This document shows, piece after piece, positions 22,435-35,391 of a stretch of DNA of 64,000 bases; position 1 is the first letter of the stretch, and every line of letters begins with the position of its first letter. The stretch spans positions 124,001 to 188,000 of the forward strand of contig NIVC01000075.1 in the NCBI GenBank assembly GCA_002269645.1, in the 5' to 3' direction. The notes under the pieces are model-generated. The model was not told the origin of the DNA, did not search any database, and saw nothing but the letters and a program-made list of their open reading frames with translations. A program made the position numbers and the translations under genes. This stretch comes from Macrostomum lignano (lineage: Eukaryota).

Positions 22435-25400
22435 GTGAGGCTGACAATTCACAAGCCTCTAGCTACTATTAGAATTGTGAGGCTGACTATTCACAAACCT
22501 CTAGCTACTATTAGAATTGTAAGGCTGACAATTCACAAGCCTCTAGCTACTATTAGAATTGTGAGGCTGACAATTCACAAGCCTCTAGCTACTATTAGAA
22601 TTGTGAGGCTGACTATTCACAAACCTCTAGCTACTATTAGAATTGTAAGGCTGACAATTCACAAGCCTCTAGCTACTATTAGAATTGTAAGGCTGACTAT
22701 TCACAAGCCTCTAGCTACTATTAGAATTGTGAGGCTGACAATTCACAAGCCTCTAGCTACTATTAGAATTGTAAGGCTGACAATTCACAAGCCTCTAGCT
22801 ACTATTAGAATTGTGAGGCTGACAATTCACAAGCCTCTAGCTACTATTAGAATTGTAAGGCTGACAATTCACAAGCCTCTAGCTACTATTAGAATTGTGA
22901 GGCTGACAATTCACAAGCCTCTAGCTACTATTAGAATTGTAAGGCTGACAATTCACAAGCCTCTAGCTACTATTAGAATTGTGAGGCTGACAATTCACAA
23001 GCCTCTAGCTACTATTAGAATTGTGAGGCTGACAATTCACAAGCCTCTAGCTACTATTAGAATTGTGAGGCTGACTATTCACAAGCCTCTAGCTACTATT
23101 AGAATTGTGAGGCTGACTATTCACAAGCCTCTAGCTACTATTAGAATTGTGAGGCTGACAATTCACAAGCCTCTAGCTACTATTAGAATTGTGAGGCTGA
23201 CAATTCACAAGCCTCTAGCTACTATTATAATTGTAAGGCTGACAATTCACAAGCCTCTAGCTACTATTAGAATTGTGAGGCTGACAATTCACAAGCCTCT
23301 AGCTACTATTAGAATTGTAAGGCTGACAATTCACAAGCCTCTAGCTACTATTAGAATTGTGAGGCTGACAATTCACAAGCCTCTAGCTACTATTAGAATT
23401 GTGAGGCTGACAATTCACAAGCCTCTAGCTACTATTAGAATTGTGAGGCTGACAATTCACAAGCCTCTAGCTACTATTAGAATTGTGAGGCTGACTATTC
23501 ACAAGCCTCTAGCTACTATTAGAATTGTGAGGCTGACTATTCACAAGCCTCTAGCTACTATTAGAATTGTGAGGCTGACAATTCACAAGCCTCTAGCTAC
23601 TATTAGAATTGTGAGGCTGACTATTCACAAGCCTCTAGCTACTATTAGAATTGTGAGGCTGACAATTCACAAGCCTCTAGCTATTAGAATTGTGAGGCTG
23701 ACAATTCACAAGCCGCTAGCTATTAGAATTGTGAGGCTGACAATTCACAAGCCTCTAGCTACTATTAGAATTGTGAGGCTGACAATTCACAAGCCTCTAG
23801 CTACTATTAGAATTGTGAGGCTGACAATTCACAAGCCTCTAGCCACTATTAGAATTGTAAGGCTGACAATTCACAAGCCTCTAGCTACTATTAGAATTGT
23901 GAGGCTGACTATTCACAAGCCGCTAGCTATTAGAATTGTGAGGCTGACAATTCACAAGCCTCTAGCTACTATTAGAATTGTGAGGCTGACAATTCACAAG
24001 CCTCTAGCTACTATTAGAATTGTGAGGCTGACAATTCACAAGCCTCTAGCTACTATTAGAATTGTAAGGCTGACAATTCACAAGCCTCTAGCTACTATTA
24101 GAGTTGTGAGGCTGACAATTCACAAGCCTCTAGCTACTATTAGAATTGTAAGGCTGACAATTCACAAGCCTCTAGCTACTATTAGAATTGTGAGGCTGAC
24201 AATTCACAAGCCTCTAGCTACTATTAGAATTGTGAGGCTGACTATTCACAAACCTCTAGCTACTATTAGAATTGTAAGGCTGACAATTCACAAGCCTCTA
24301 GCTACTATTAGAATTGTAAGGCTGACTATTCACAAGCCTCTAGCTACTATTAGAATTGTGAGGCTGACAATTCACAAGCCTCTAGCTACTATTAGAATTG
24401 TAAGGCTGACAATTCACAAGCCTCTAGCTACTATTAGAATTGTGAGGCTGACAATTCACAAGCCTCTAGCTACTATTAGAATTGTAAGGCTGACAATTCA
24501 CAAGCCTCTAGCTACTATTAGAATTGTGAGGCTGACAATTCACAAGCCTCTAGCTACTATTAGAATTGTAAGGCTGACAATTCACAAGCCTCTAGCTACT
24601 ATTAGAATTGTGAGGCTGACAATTCACAAGCCTCTAGCTACTATTAGAATTGTGAGGCTGACAATTCACAAGCCTCTAGCTACTATTAGAATTGTGAGGC
24701 TGACTATTCACAAGCCTCTAGCTACTATTAGAATTGTGAGGCTGACTATTCACAAGCCTCTAGCTACTATTAGAATTGTGAGGCTGACAATTCACAAGCC
24801 TCTAGCTACTATTAGAATTGTGAGGCTGACAATTCACAAGCCTCTAGCTACTATTATAATTGTAAGGCTGACAATTCACAAGCCTCTAGCTACTATTAGA
24901 ATTGTGAGGCTGACAATTCACAAGCCTCTAGCTACTATTAGAATTGTAAGGCTGACAATTCACAAGCCTCTAGCTACTATTAGAATTGTGAGGCTGACAA
25001 TTCACAAGCCTCTAGCTACTATTAGAATTGTGAGGCTGACAATTCACAAGCCTCTAGCTACTATTAGAATTGTGAGGCTGACAATTCACAAGCCTCTAGC
25101 TACTATTAGAATTGTGAGGCTGACTATTCACAAGCCTCTAGCTACTATTAGAATTGTGAGGCTGACTATTCACAAGCCTCTAGCTACTATTAGAATTGTG
25201 AGGCTGACAATTCACAAGCCTCTAGCTACTATTAGAATTGTGAGGCTGACTATTCACAAGCCTCTAGCTACTATTAGAATTGTGAGGCTGACAATTCACA
25301 AGCCTCTAGCTATTAGAATTGTGAGGCTGACAATTCACAAGCCGCTAGCTATTAGAATTGTGAGGCTGACAATTCACAAGCCTCTAGCTACTATTAGAAT

Positions 25401-26903
25401 TGTGAGGCTGACAATTCACAAGCCTCTAGCTACTATTAGAATTGTGAGGCTGACAATTCACAAGCCTCTAGCCACTATTAGAATTGTAAGGCTGACAATT
25501 CACAAGCCTCTAGCTACTATTAGAATTGTGAGGCTGACTATTCACAAGCCGCTAGCTATTAGAATTGTGAGGCTGACAATTCACAAGCCTCTAGCTACTA
25601 TTAGAATTGTGAGGCTGACAATTCACAAGCCTCTAGCTACTATTAGAATTGTGAGGCTGACAATTCACAAGCCTCTAGCTACTATTAGAATTGTAAGGCT
25701 GACAATTCACAAGCCTCTAGCTACTATTAGAGTTGTGAGGCTGACAATTCACAAGCCTCTAGCTACTATTAGAATTGTGAGGCTGACAATTCACAAGCCT
25801 CTAGCTACTATTAGAATTGTGAGGCTGACTATTCACAAGCCTCTAGCTACTATTAGAATTGTGAGGCTGACTATTCACAAGCCTCTAGCTACTATTAGAA
25901 TTGTGAGGCTGACTATTCACAAGCCTCTAGCTACCATTAGAATTGTGAGGCTGACTATTCACAAGCCTTTAGCTATTAGAATTGTGAGGCTGACAATTCA
26001 CAAGCCGCTAGCTACTATTAGAATTGTGAGGCTGACAATTCACAAGCCTCTAGCTACTATTAGAATTGTGAGGCTGACAATTCACAAGCCTCTAGCTACC
26101 ATTAGAGTTGTGAGGCTGACAATTCACAAGCCTCTAGCTACCATTAGAATTGTGAGGCTGACTATTCACAAGCCTCTAGCTACTATTAGAATTGCGAGGC
26201 TGACTATTCACAAGCCTCTAGCTACTATTAGAATTGTGAGGCTGACTATTCACAAGCGGCTAGCTATTAGAATTGTGAGGCTGACAATTCACAAGCCTCT
26301 AGCTACTATTAGAATTGTGAGGCTGACTATTCACAAGCCGCTACTAGCTATTAGAATTGTGAGGCTGACTATTCACAAGCCGCTACTAGCTATTAGAATT
26401 GTGAGGCTGACAATTCACAAGCCGCTACTAGCTATTAGAATTGTGAGGCCGACAATTCACAAGCCGCTACTAGCTATTAGAATTGTGAGGCTGACAATTC
26501 ACAAGCCTCTAGCTACTATTAGAATTGTGAAGCTGACTATTCACAAGCCGCTACTAGCTATTAGAATTGTGAAGCTGACTATTCACAAGCCGCTACTAGC
26601 TATTAGAATTGTGAGGCTGACTATTCACAAGCCGCTACTAGCTATTAGAATTGTGAGGCTGACTATTCACAAGCCGCTAGCTACTATTAGAATTGTGAAG
26701 CTGACTATTCACAAGCCGCTACTAGCTATTAGAATTGTGAGGCTGACTATTCACAAGCCGCTACTAGCTATTAGAATTGTGAGGCTGACTATTCACAAGC
26801 CGCTAGCTACTATTAGAATTGTGAAGCTGACTATTCACAAGCCGCTACTAGCTATTAGAATTGTGAGGCTGACTATTCACAAGCCGCTATTAGCTATTAG
26901 AAT
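22435..26903. repeat. 42-bp satellite (39-bp variants) with a 1629-bp internal duplication
   Basis: Unit GTGAGGCTGACAATTCACAAGCCTCTAGCTACTATTAGAATT. Rare variants recur exactly 1629 bp apart. Confidence 0.98.
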
Positions 26904-27198
26904 TGAAAATAAGGCTGCGCTACCTCGCAAATTAACAGACTGAATTGATCCATACTGGAACATACAGAAAACTATTTGTCAGACAATAAAGCTAGCAAGC
27001 AGCTTTCCTACAAAGACTTTATTAACATTCGAAGTTGCAGTTGGCAAGTAGATATTTGTTACTTCTGTGTATGCAGTTGTCTGTTTTTGTTAAGGAATTA
27101 GGCAGAAAAACATGTGCCAAATATTGAATCATTTATTAAGGGAAGCAATAATATTATTCTTACGTAGGGGTGACACGATGATTTTAGTTTGAAGATAC

Positions 27199-28563
27199 AC
27201 CCAATCCGACTCTTGCTGACACCCCAATCCGACTCTTGCTGACACCCAATCCGACTCTTGCTGACACCCCAATCCGACTCTTGCTGACACCCAATCCGAC
27301 TCTTGCTGACACCCCAATCCGATTCTTGCTGACACCCCAATCCGATTCTTGCTGACACCCAATCCGACTCTTGCTGACACCCCAATCCGACTCTTGCTGA
27401 CAACCCAATCCGATTCTTGCTGACACCCCAATCCGACTCTTGCTGACACAACAATCCGACTCTTGCTGACACCCAATCCGATTCTTGCTGACACCCCAAT
27501 CCGATTCTTGCTGACACCCCAATCCGACTCTTGCTGACACCCCAATCCGATTCTTGCTGACACCCCAATCCGATTCTTGCTGACACCCCAATCCGACTCT
27601 TGCTGACACCCCAATCCGATTCTTGCTGACAACCCAATCCGACTCTTGCTGACACCCCAATCCGATTCTTGCTGACAACCCAATCCGACTCTTGCTGACA
27701 ACCCAATCCGACTCTTGCTGACACCCAATCCGACTCTTGCTGACAACCCAATCCGACTCTTGCTGACACCCCAATCCGACTCTTGCTGACACCCAATCCG
27801 ACTCTTGCTGACAACCCAATCCGACTCTTGCTGACACCCCAATCCGATTCTTGCTGACACCCAATCCGACTCTTGCTGACAACCCAATCCACTCTTGCTG
27901 ACACCCCAATCCGATTCTTGCTAACACAACAATCCAACTCTTGCTGACACCCCAATCCGATTCTTGCTGACACCCCAATCCGACTCTTGCTGACAACCCA
28001 ATCCGACTCTTGCTGACACCCAATCCGACTCTTGCTGACACCCCAATCCGACTCTTGCTGACACCCAATCCGACTCTTGCTGACACCCAATCCGATTCTT
28101 GCTGACACCCAATCCGATTCTTGCTGACACCCCAATCAGACTCTTGCTGACACCCCAATCCGACTCTTGCTGACACCCAATCCGATTCTTGCTGACACCC
28201 CAATCCGATTCTTGCTGACACCCCAATCCGACTCTTGCTGACACCCAATCCGATTCTTGCTGACACCCAATCCGACTCTTGCTGACACCCCAATCCGATT
28301 CTTGCTGACACCCCAATCCGATTCTTGCTGACACCCCAATCCGACTCTTGCTGACACCCCAATCCGATTCTTGCTGACACCCCAATCCGATTCTTGCTGA
28401 CACCCCAATCCGATTCTTGCTGACACCCCAATCAGACTCTTGCTGACACCCCAATCCGACTCTTGCTGACACCCAATCCGACTCTTGCTGACACCCCAAT
28501 CCGACTCTTGCTGACACCCCAATCCGACTCTTGCTGACACCCCAATCCGACTCTTTCTGACAC
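27199..28563. repeat. 22-23 bp minisatellite CCCCAATCCGA(C/T)TCTTGCTGACA
   Basis: About 60 tandem copies. Confidence 0.97.
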
Positions 28564-29197
28564 TCATCTATCCAACCCCTGACCCCCTGCATTTATCAAA
28601 CCCCTGACCCCCAATTCCGATTCACCCAAGCACCCAAACCGAGAAAAAGCCAATTAAGTAAAACGCCCGTATGTACACAGTGCAAACAATTAGCATGGAT
28701 GGCATAAATGATATGAACTCCTATAATCGTGTCTTTCAGACATCGCATAAATTCAGTACTACCTGACCGCACAAATTAACTAAGTGTAGATTGAGTCTTA
28801 TTTACTAGAAAAATACGACAGCTACGGGCGGGCAAATGCCATAGCCATGCAGTTTAGATTGGCAGCTCAGTAAAATCCAGCTATGCGGGTGTACACAAGA
28901 TTAAATATGCAAGCTGTGCAGCTGTTTTGCCTCGCGCGCACTGAACAGGCCTGTCAGCTATGAGTATAAGATTGGAGCGAAGCGCTGTCGATTGCTTTGC
29001 TTGGTGGAATAAAAATATGGAATTTTTTATAATGCCTTTTGTATGCACTACTGCTTCATATATGTCCTTAACGGCCCAACTTCTTCCAGCTTAGTTTAGC
29101 CATTGGCAGCTCGAATGTGCATACCCAATAATTCAACAAAATTCGGTTTGAAAAATCAGTCGTGCGATTTTAGTTCAAGAGGGCCAAACGACCTAAA

Positions 29198-30807
29198 AAT
29201 CTCCGACACTTCATATCTCCGACACTCCATATCTCCGACACTTCATATCCCCGACACTCCATATCTCTGACAGCCCGTATCTCCGACACTTTATATCTCT
29301 AACAGCCCATATCTCCGACACTACATATCTCTGACAGCCCGTATCTCCGACACTCCAAATCTCTGACAGCCCGTATCTCCGACACTTTATATCTCCGACA
29401 CTCCATATCTGTGACAGCCCGTATCTCCGACACTTTATATCTCCGACACTCCATATCTCTGACAGCCCGTATCTCCGACACTCCTTTTCTCTGACAGCCC
29501 GTATCTCCGACACTCCAAATCTCTAACAGCCCGTATCTCCGACACTCCTTTTCTCTGACAGCCCGTATCTCCGACACTCCAAATCTCTGACAGCCCGTAT
29601 CTCCGACACTTTATATCTCCGACACTCCATATCTCTGACAGCCCGTATCTCCGACACTTTATATCTCCGACACTCCATATCTCTGACAGCCCGTATCTCC
29701 GACACTCCAAATCTCTGACAGCCCGTATCTCCGACACTTTATATCTCCGACACTCCATATCTCTGACAGCCCGTATCTCCGACACTTTATATCTCCGACA
29801 CTCCATATCTCTGACAGCCCGTATCTCCGACACTTTATATCTCCGACACTCCATATCTCTGACAGCCCGTATCTCCGACACTCCTTTTCTCTGACAGCCC
29901 GTATCTCCGACACTACAAATCTCTGACAGCCCGTATCTCCGACACTTTATATCTCCGACACTCCATATCTCTGACAGCCCGTATCTCCGACACTTTATAT
30001 CTCCGACACTCCATATCTCTGACAGCCCGTATCTCCGACACTCCTTTTCTCTGACAGCCCGTATCTCCGACACTCCAAATCTCTGACAGCCCGTATCTAT
30101 GACACTCCAAATCTCTGACAGCCCGTATCTCCGACACTTTATATCTCCGACACTCCATATCTCTGACAGCCCGTATCTCCGACACTCCTTTTCTCTGACA
30201 GTTCGTATCTCCGACACTTCATATCTCCGACACTACATATCTCTGACAGCCCGTATCTCCGACACTCCAAATCTCTGACAGCCCGTATCTCCGACACTTT
30301 ATATCTCCGACACTCCATATCTCCGACAGCCCGTATCTCCGACACTTTATATCTCCGACACTCCATATCTCTGACAGCCCGTATCTCCGACACTCCTTTT
30401 CTCTGACAGCCCGTATCTCCGACACTTTATATCTCCGACACTCCATATCTCCGACAGCCCGTATCTCCGACACTTTATATCTCCGACACTTTATATCTCC
30501 GACACTCCATATCTCTGACAGCCCGTATCTCCGACACTCCATATCTCTGACAGCCCGTATCTCCGACACTCCTTTTCTCTGACAGCCCGTATCTCCGACA
30601 CTCCAAATCTCTGACAGCCCGTATCTATGACACTCCAAATCTCTAACAGCCCGTATCTCCGACACTTTATATCTCCGACACTCCATATCTCTGACAGCCC
30701 GTATCTCCGACACTTTATATATCCGACACTTCATATCTCCGACACTTTATATCTCCGACACTACAAATCTCTGACAGCCCGTATCTCCGACACTCCAAAT
30801 CTCTGAC
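29198..30807. repeat. 16-bp-monomer satellite (ATATCTCCGACACT family; 32/48-bp higher-order units), left part
   Basis: Monomers CCATATCTCTGACAGC, CCGTATCTCCGACACT and TTATATCTCCGACACT. The array resumes in register after the LTR element. Confidence 0.97.
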
Positions 30808-30988
30808 TGTGAAAACTCCACTTCGGGGGTAAGACCCCCCCAAAGGCAGAGAGCTTGTATTTAATATAGCTGGCCAACAATAAAGGTTGTCTGACAAAGC
30901 GTAAGCCAATCACACGCGCGCGTGCAGGTGTACACCTGCACTGTACATTACACTGAGCGGAGCAACTGAGCAGACCCACGCTACCACA
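30808..30988 (-). repeat. 3' LTR (181 bp)
   Basis: TGTGAAAACTCC...CTACCACA on the + strand, directly adjacent to the polypurine tract. Confidence 0.96.
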
Positions 30989-31001
30989 TCCCTCCCCATC
31001 T
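30989..31001 (-). promoter_or_regulatory. Polypurine tract AGATGGGGAGGGA
   Basis: Purine run abutting the 3' LTR on the minus strand. Confidence 0.85.
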
Positions 31002-31248
31002 ACATGGGGATCAGGGATCGCAAGAGAATACATTAGCGCAACACATTATAGTGTGAGGAACAAAAACTCAATACATAACTTAATAATAAATAATAATTAA
31101 CCAGTACCAAAACTACGAAAACGCCAGATAGGAAAGCAACGACACAACAGAATAAGGAAAATAAACCATAACCATAACAAAGTTCAAAATCCAAATTTAA
31201 ACGTCCGAACACTACAGTCAATCAAAATAGTCTCTTTCACAGATGACG

Positions 31249-34200
31249 TCACCCGTAGCTCAGGCGCTCCGGGGGACGTCGAACTCGCGACGATCGGCGC
31301 AGAGACCCGTCGATCTTAGGGTCTCCAGGAGCAGCCAGGTTTGGCGGCTGGTCTACGGCCGGCATCGCAGCTTCCGGCTCAGGTGCGGCCTTGGCGTCGG
31401 TAGCACCGTCTGTCACGCCAGCTCCTGTAGGCCGCGGCTGCTCAGGACCACCGCGGACATGGTCAACGTGCCGCCGCACCACTCGGTCGTCGCCATCGAA
31501 GCCGCACAGGTAGGAGGCCGGACCGGCGGCACCGACAACTCGCGCCGGCTTCCACCGACCTCCGTTGGCTCCAAAGTCTCTGGCCAGTACAGCGTCTCCA
31601 GTCTCGAAGGTCCGGAACCGAGCTTTGCAGTCGTGGTGCTCTTTTAGCTGACTTTGCTTACGCTGTACTCTTGCTCCCAGGTCTGGCCGAGCTCGATCTA
31701 GCAACGTGCACAGTCGCCGTCCCATCAGGAGTTCGCAGGGAGCCACACCAGTTGTCGCATGCGGAGTGACCCGGTAGCTCAGCAGGAACCGGGCGACCTT
31801 ATCCTCCAAGGAGCCTTCGCGCTGCTTCTCCAGGGACCGCTTCAGCGTCTGGACAGCTCGTTCCGCCAGGCCGTTGGACGCCGGATGGTAGGGAGCAACG
31901 CGCACGTGCTGAATGCCGTTCTTCCGCAGAAAGTCGGACATCTCCTCGCTGACCAAGTTGGGCCCATTGTCCGACACCAGCACATCTGGCAACCCGTGCG
32001 TCGCGAAGCTGGAGCGGAGTTTCTGGATGGTGACAGCTGAGGTCGCTGACGTCACCACATGCACATCCAGCCACTTTGAATGGGCATCGACGACGACCAG
32101 CAGCATCTTGCCAGACACCGGACCCGCATAGTCGATATGCACTCGAGACCACGGTCGGTCAGGCCACGGCCACGCCAACATTGGCGAAGGCGCCGGGGCG
32201 TTCTGCAACTCCTGACAGTCAGAGCAGGCCTTGGCCAGGTTTTCAATCTCCGAGTCTAATCCTGGCCACCAGAAATAACCTCGGGCTAACGTCTTCATGC
32301 GTGACGCCCCCGCATGACCTTGATGCAGCACCTGGAGCAGTGCAGCTCGCGCTCCGACCGGGACCACCACTCGAGCGCCCCACAGGAGGCAGCCGTCTTG
32401 CACACTGAGCTCAGCCGCTCTCTTGGAGTATGGCAGCAGATCGTCACTGACCCGCTCTGGCCAGCCGATTTGCGTGAAGTGCAGAGCTCGGGCTAGTGTG
32501 GGGTCCCTTCGAGTCAGGCCGCGTATCTGAGCTGCCGTGACAGGTCCATCGTCCAGGTGGTCCATCAGCATGACCAGCTCTGCCAGCTTCGGGACCGTCG
32601 CCGGCTTGTCGGGCAGCGGCAGGCGACTCAGGGCATCGGCGCACAGCAGTGAGGCTCCGGCTCGGTGAACCATGCGGTAGTTATAGCCAGACAGCAGCAG
32701 AGCCCACCTCTGAATTCTTCCAGATGCCAGGGCCGGCACGACCTTGTTCTCAGCAAGCAATCCAAGCAGAGGTTTGTGGCCACTCACCAGCAGAAATGGG
32801 CGGCCGAACAGGTACGCGTTGAACTTCTTGACCGCAAACACTACCGCGAGGGCTTCCTTCTCGAGCTGCGAGTAGTTTTTCTCAGCGTCATGCAACGTAC
32901 GCGAGGCAAAGGCCACAGGCCGGACAGCTCCATCGATCCTGTGGCTGATGACCGCGCCCAGACCGTAGGGGGACGCGTCGCACTCGAGCAGCAGGTCTTC
33001 GCTCGGGTCAAAGTGCGCCAAAACCGGAGCCGAAGACAGCAGGGCCTTGCACTTCTCAAAAGCGGCGTTCTGAGCAGCGCCCCAGTTCCAGCGGTGTTGC
33101 TCGCGCAGCAGCAGGTGCAGCGGTGCCAGGACTTGAGACAAATTAGGTAGGAACTTGCCATAGTAGTTCACCATGCCTAGGAAGCTGCGCAGCTGAGTTG
33201 CGTCCTTGGGAGCTGGAGCGCTGACAATTGCCTCGACTTTGTCTTTGATCGGGTGCAGGCCGTCGGCATCGATGCGGTGACCGAAATAACTGACGCTCGT
33301 CTGCATGAACTGACACTTCTCCAGTTTGCACCGGAGGCCACTCTGGCTCAGCTTCTCCAGAACCTGCTCCAGGGAGTTCAGATGACTGCTGTCGTCCTTT
33401 CCGGTGATGATGAGGTCATCGATGAAGCAGGCGGTGCTGGTGATTCCTTGCAGCAAGCAGTCCATCCGGCGCTGGAAAATCCCGACCGCTGGCGAGACAC
33501 CGAAGGGCAGCCGCGTGTACCGAAGCAGCCCTTTGTGCGTATTGATTGTGCAGACTTCCTGGGAGGCCTCATCGAGTGGCAGCTGCATGTACGCCTGCGA
33601 CAAGTCGAGCTTAGTGAAGAGCCGCCCACCAGTCAGCTTCGCGAACAGCTCTTCGATCCGCGGCAGAGGATACGAGTCGGGCTCCACGTTCGGGTTGACG
33701 GTCTGCTTGAAGTCGGCGCAGACCCTCACAGAGCCGTCGGACTTGAGCACTGGCACCACCGGCGATGCGTACTCGGAGTGCTACACGGGCACCAGGATTC
33801 CTTGTTCGATCTCGCGGTTCAGTTGGCTCTCCACCTTGTCCTTCAAAGCGAATGGGAGATTCCTGGCCTTCATAAAGCGGGGTTGAGCATCGGGTTTCAT
33901 ATTCAAACTCACTGGCGGTCCGTTGTACTTTCCTAGCTCAGGCGAAAAAACATCGCTGTACTTGTCGAGCAGCTGCTGCAGTCTGGGCGACACCCCTGGA
34001 GCAGCCGCCACCTGCTTGATTGATCTCCAGTCGAGCCGCAACTCGGACAGCCAGTCTCTTCCGAGCAGGTCGGATCCGCAGCCGGCGACCACAAGGAGGC
34101 TGAGTGACTTGGGCGGTGCTTCAGCAGCTTCCACAGCAACGCAGATGCAGCCTTCAATTGGCACTTTCTCACCGGAGTATGTTCGCAGCTGCATGGACGC

Positions 34201-35166
34201 AGGCTGCAGTGCTGGCTGGGAGTTGAGCACGGTCCTGTAGGTCTTCGAGGATACAAGGGACACGGAGGCTCCGGTGTCCACTTCCATGACAACAGGTCGG
34301 CCATTGATGCGCACCGTCGTTGTAATTGGCGGCACCTTCGACACTCGCTTGCCGGACAGCTGGTACAGAGAGTGGGCCGTTTCCTCCTCGCAGCTGTCTT
34401 TTTCCTCGCCGTCCTGCATCTGCAGAGCCTCTCTTCTATCGTCCTTCGACTGGGATTTGCAGGCAGCCGCAGTGTGGCCGGTCTTTGAGCACTTGTAGCA
34501 CTTCTGGGTGGCGAACGGGCACTTATTAGCGAGATGCTTCGTTGACAGGCACCTGAAGCACCTCCTCGTCGAAGATGACTTCTGCTGTTGCTTGACAATG
34601 CTGACGGACTCCTGACTGACTGGATCTGGCTTGCTCGCTCCCGACACCAGCTGGCAGCCCTTGGCAGCGGACTCGTGGGCCAGCTTCAATGCCTTCGCTA
34701 GAGTGAGATCGGGCTCCGCCAGCAGCCGCCGCTGAGCGCTGTCGTTGTTGATTCCCAGCACCAGCCTGTCGCGAAGCATCGAAGTCAGGCTGTCGCCGAA
34801 CTTGCAGTCGCGAGCCAGGTCTCGGAGGTCTGCGACGAAGTCCGCGACGCCCTCACCTTCCCTGCGATTTCTGGTGTAGAATCGGTAACGATGGACGATC
34901 TCGGACTCCTCAGGCTCGAAATGGCTCTTAAGTGCTTCGCAAATTTCGGTGTAGCTCTTGGCTGATGGCTGGGCAGGAGACAGAAGACTGAAGGCCAGAT
35001 GGAAGACTTTCTTGCCGCATGAACTCAGCATAATCGCTCGCTTTTTCGCTTCCTCAGTGACGTCATTGGCAACAAAATATTGTTCTAACCTTGCTTGGTA
35101 CATATGCCACGGCTCAGAGCCTTCTTCGTAGGGGCCGACAAGCCCTAGTGCACTTGCACTACTCAT
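31249..35166 (-). pseudogene. gag-pol single reading frame (1305 codons) broken by one in-frame TAG at 33781-33783
   Basis: Two CCHC knuckles (CFRCLSTKHLANKC, CYKCSKTGHTAAAC), protease DTGAS, RT FIDD, RNase H CDASPYG, integrase H-H-C-C finger and D,D(35)E core (HIDYAGP, SDNGP, ERAV). The ORFs 33781-35166 and 31249-33759 are in the same frame. Confidence 0.92.
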
Positions 35167-35186
35167 TTGCGCAGGATCGTTTCAGT

Positions 35187-35196
35187 CTCGTCGCCA
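35187..35196 (-). promoter_or_regulatory. Primer-binding site TGGCGACGAG
   Basis: Starts 1 nt inside the 5' LTR end. Complementary to a tRNA 3' end ...CUCGUCGCCA, which matches metazoan tRNA-Ser(GCU) as recalled. Confidence 0.8.
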
Positions 35197-35197
35197 C

Positions 35198-35391
35198 TGT
35201 GAAAACTCCACTTCGGGGATAAGACCCCCCCAAAGGCAGAGAGCTTGTATTTAATATACCAGTAGCTGGCCAACAATAAAGGTTGTCTGACAAAGCGTAA
35301 GCCGTAAGCCAATCACACGCGCGCGTGCAGGTGTACACCTGCACTGTACATTACACTGAGCGGAGCAACTGAGCAGACCCACGCTACCACA
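35198..35391 (-). repeat. 5' LTR (194 bp)
   Basis: Direct repeat of 30808-30988, differing by one substitution and two insertions (6 and 7 bp). Confidence 0.96.

Larger units (their letters stand above)
30808..35391 (-). mobile_element. Full-length Ty3/Gypsy (Mag-like) LTR retrotransposon
   Basis: TG..CA-bounded LTRs at 30808-30988 and 35198-35391. 5-bp TSD CTGAC at 30803-30807 and 35392-35396. PBS, PPT and a gag-PR-RT-RH-INT domain order are present. Confidence 0.97.

Noticed and set aside
22435-26943. 1502-aa ORF as a real repetitive protein
   Set aside because: It is a pure 42-bp satellite with no ATG or unique domains. The monomer simply lacks a stop in one frame.
27098-30734. CRISPR-like arrays or repeat proteins (GCQQESDW, RRYGLSEI)
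   Set aside because: Monomers are directly adjacent with no unique spacers, there are no cas genes, and the context is eukaryotic.
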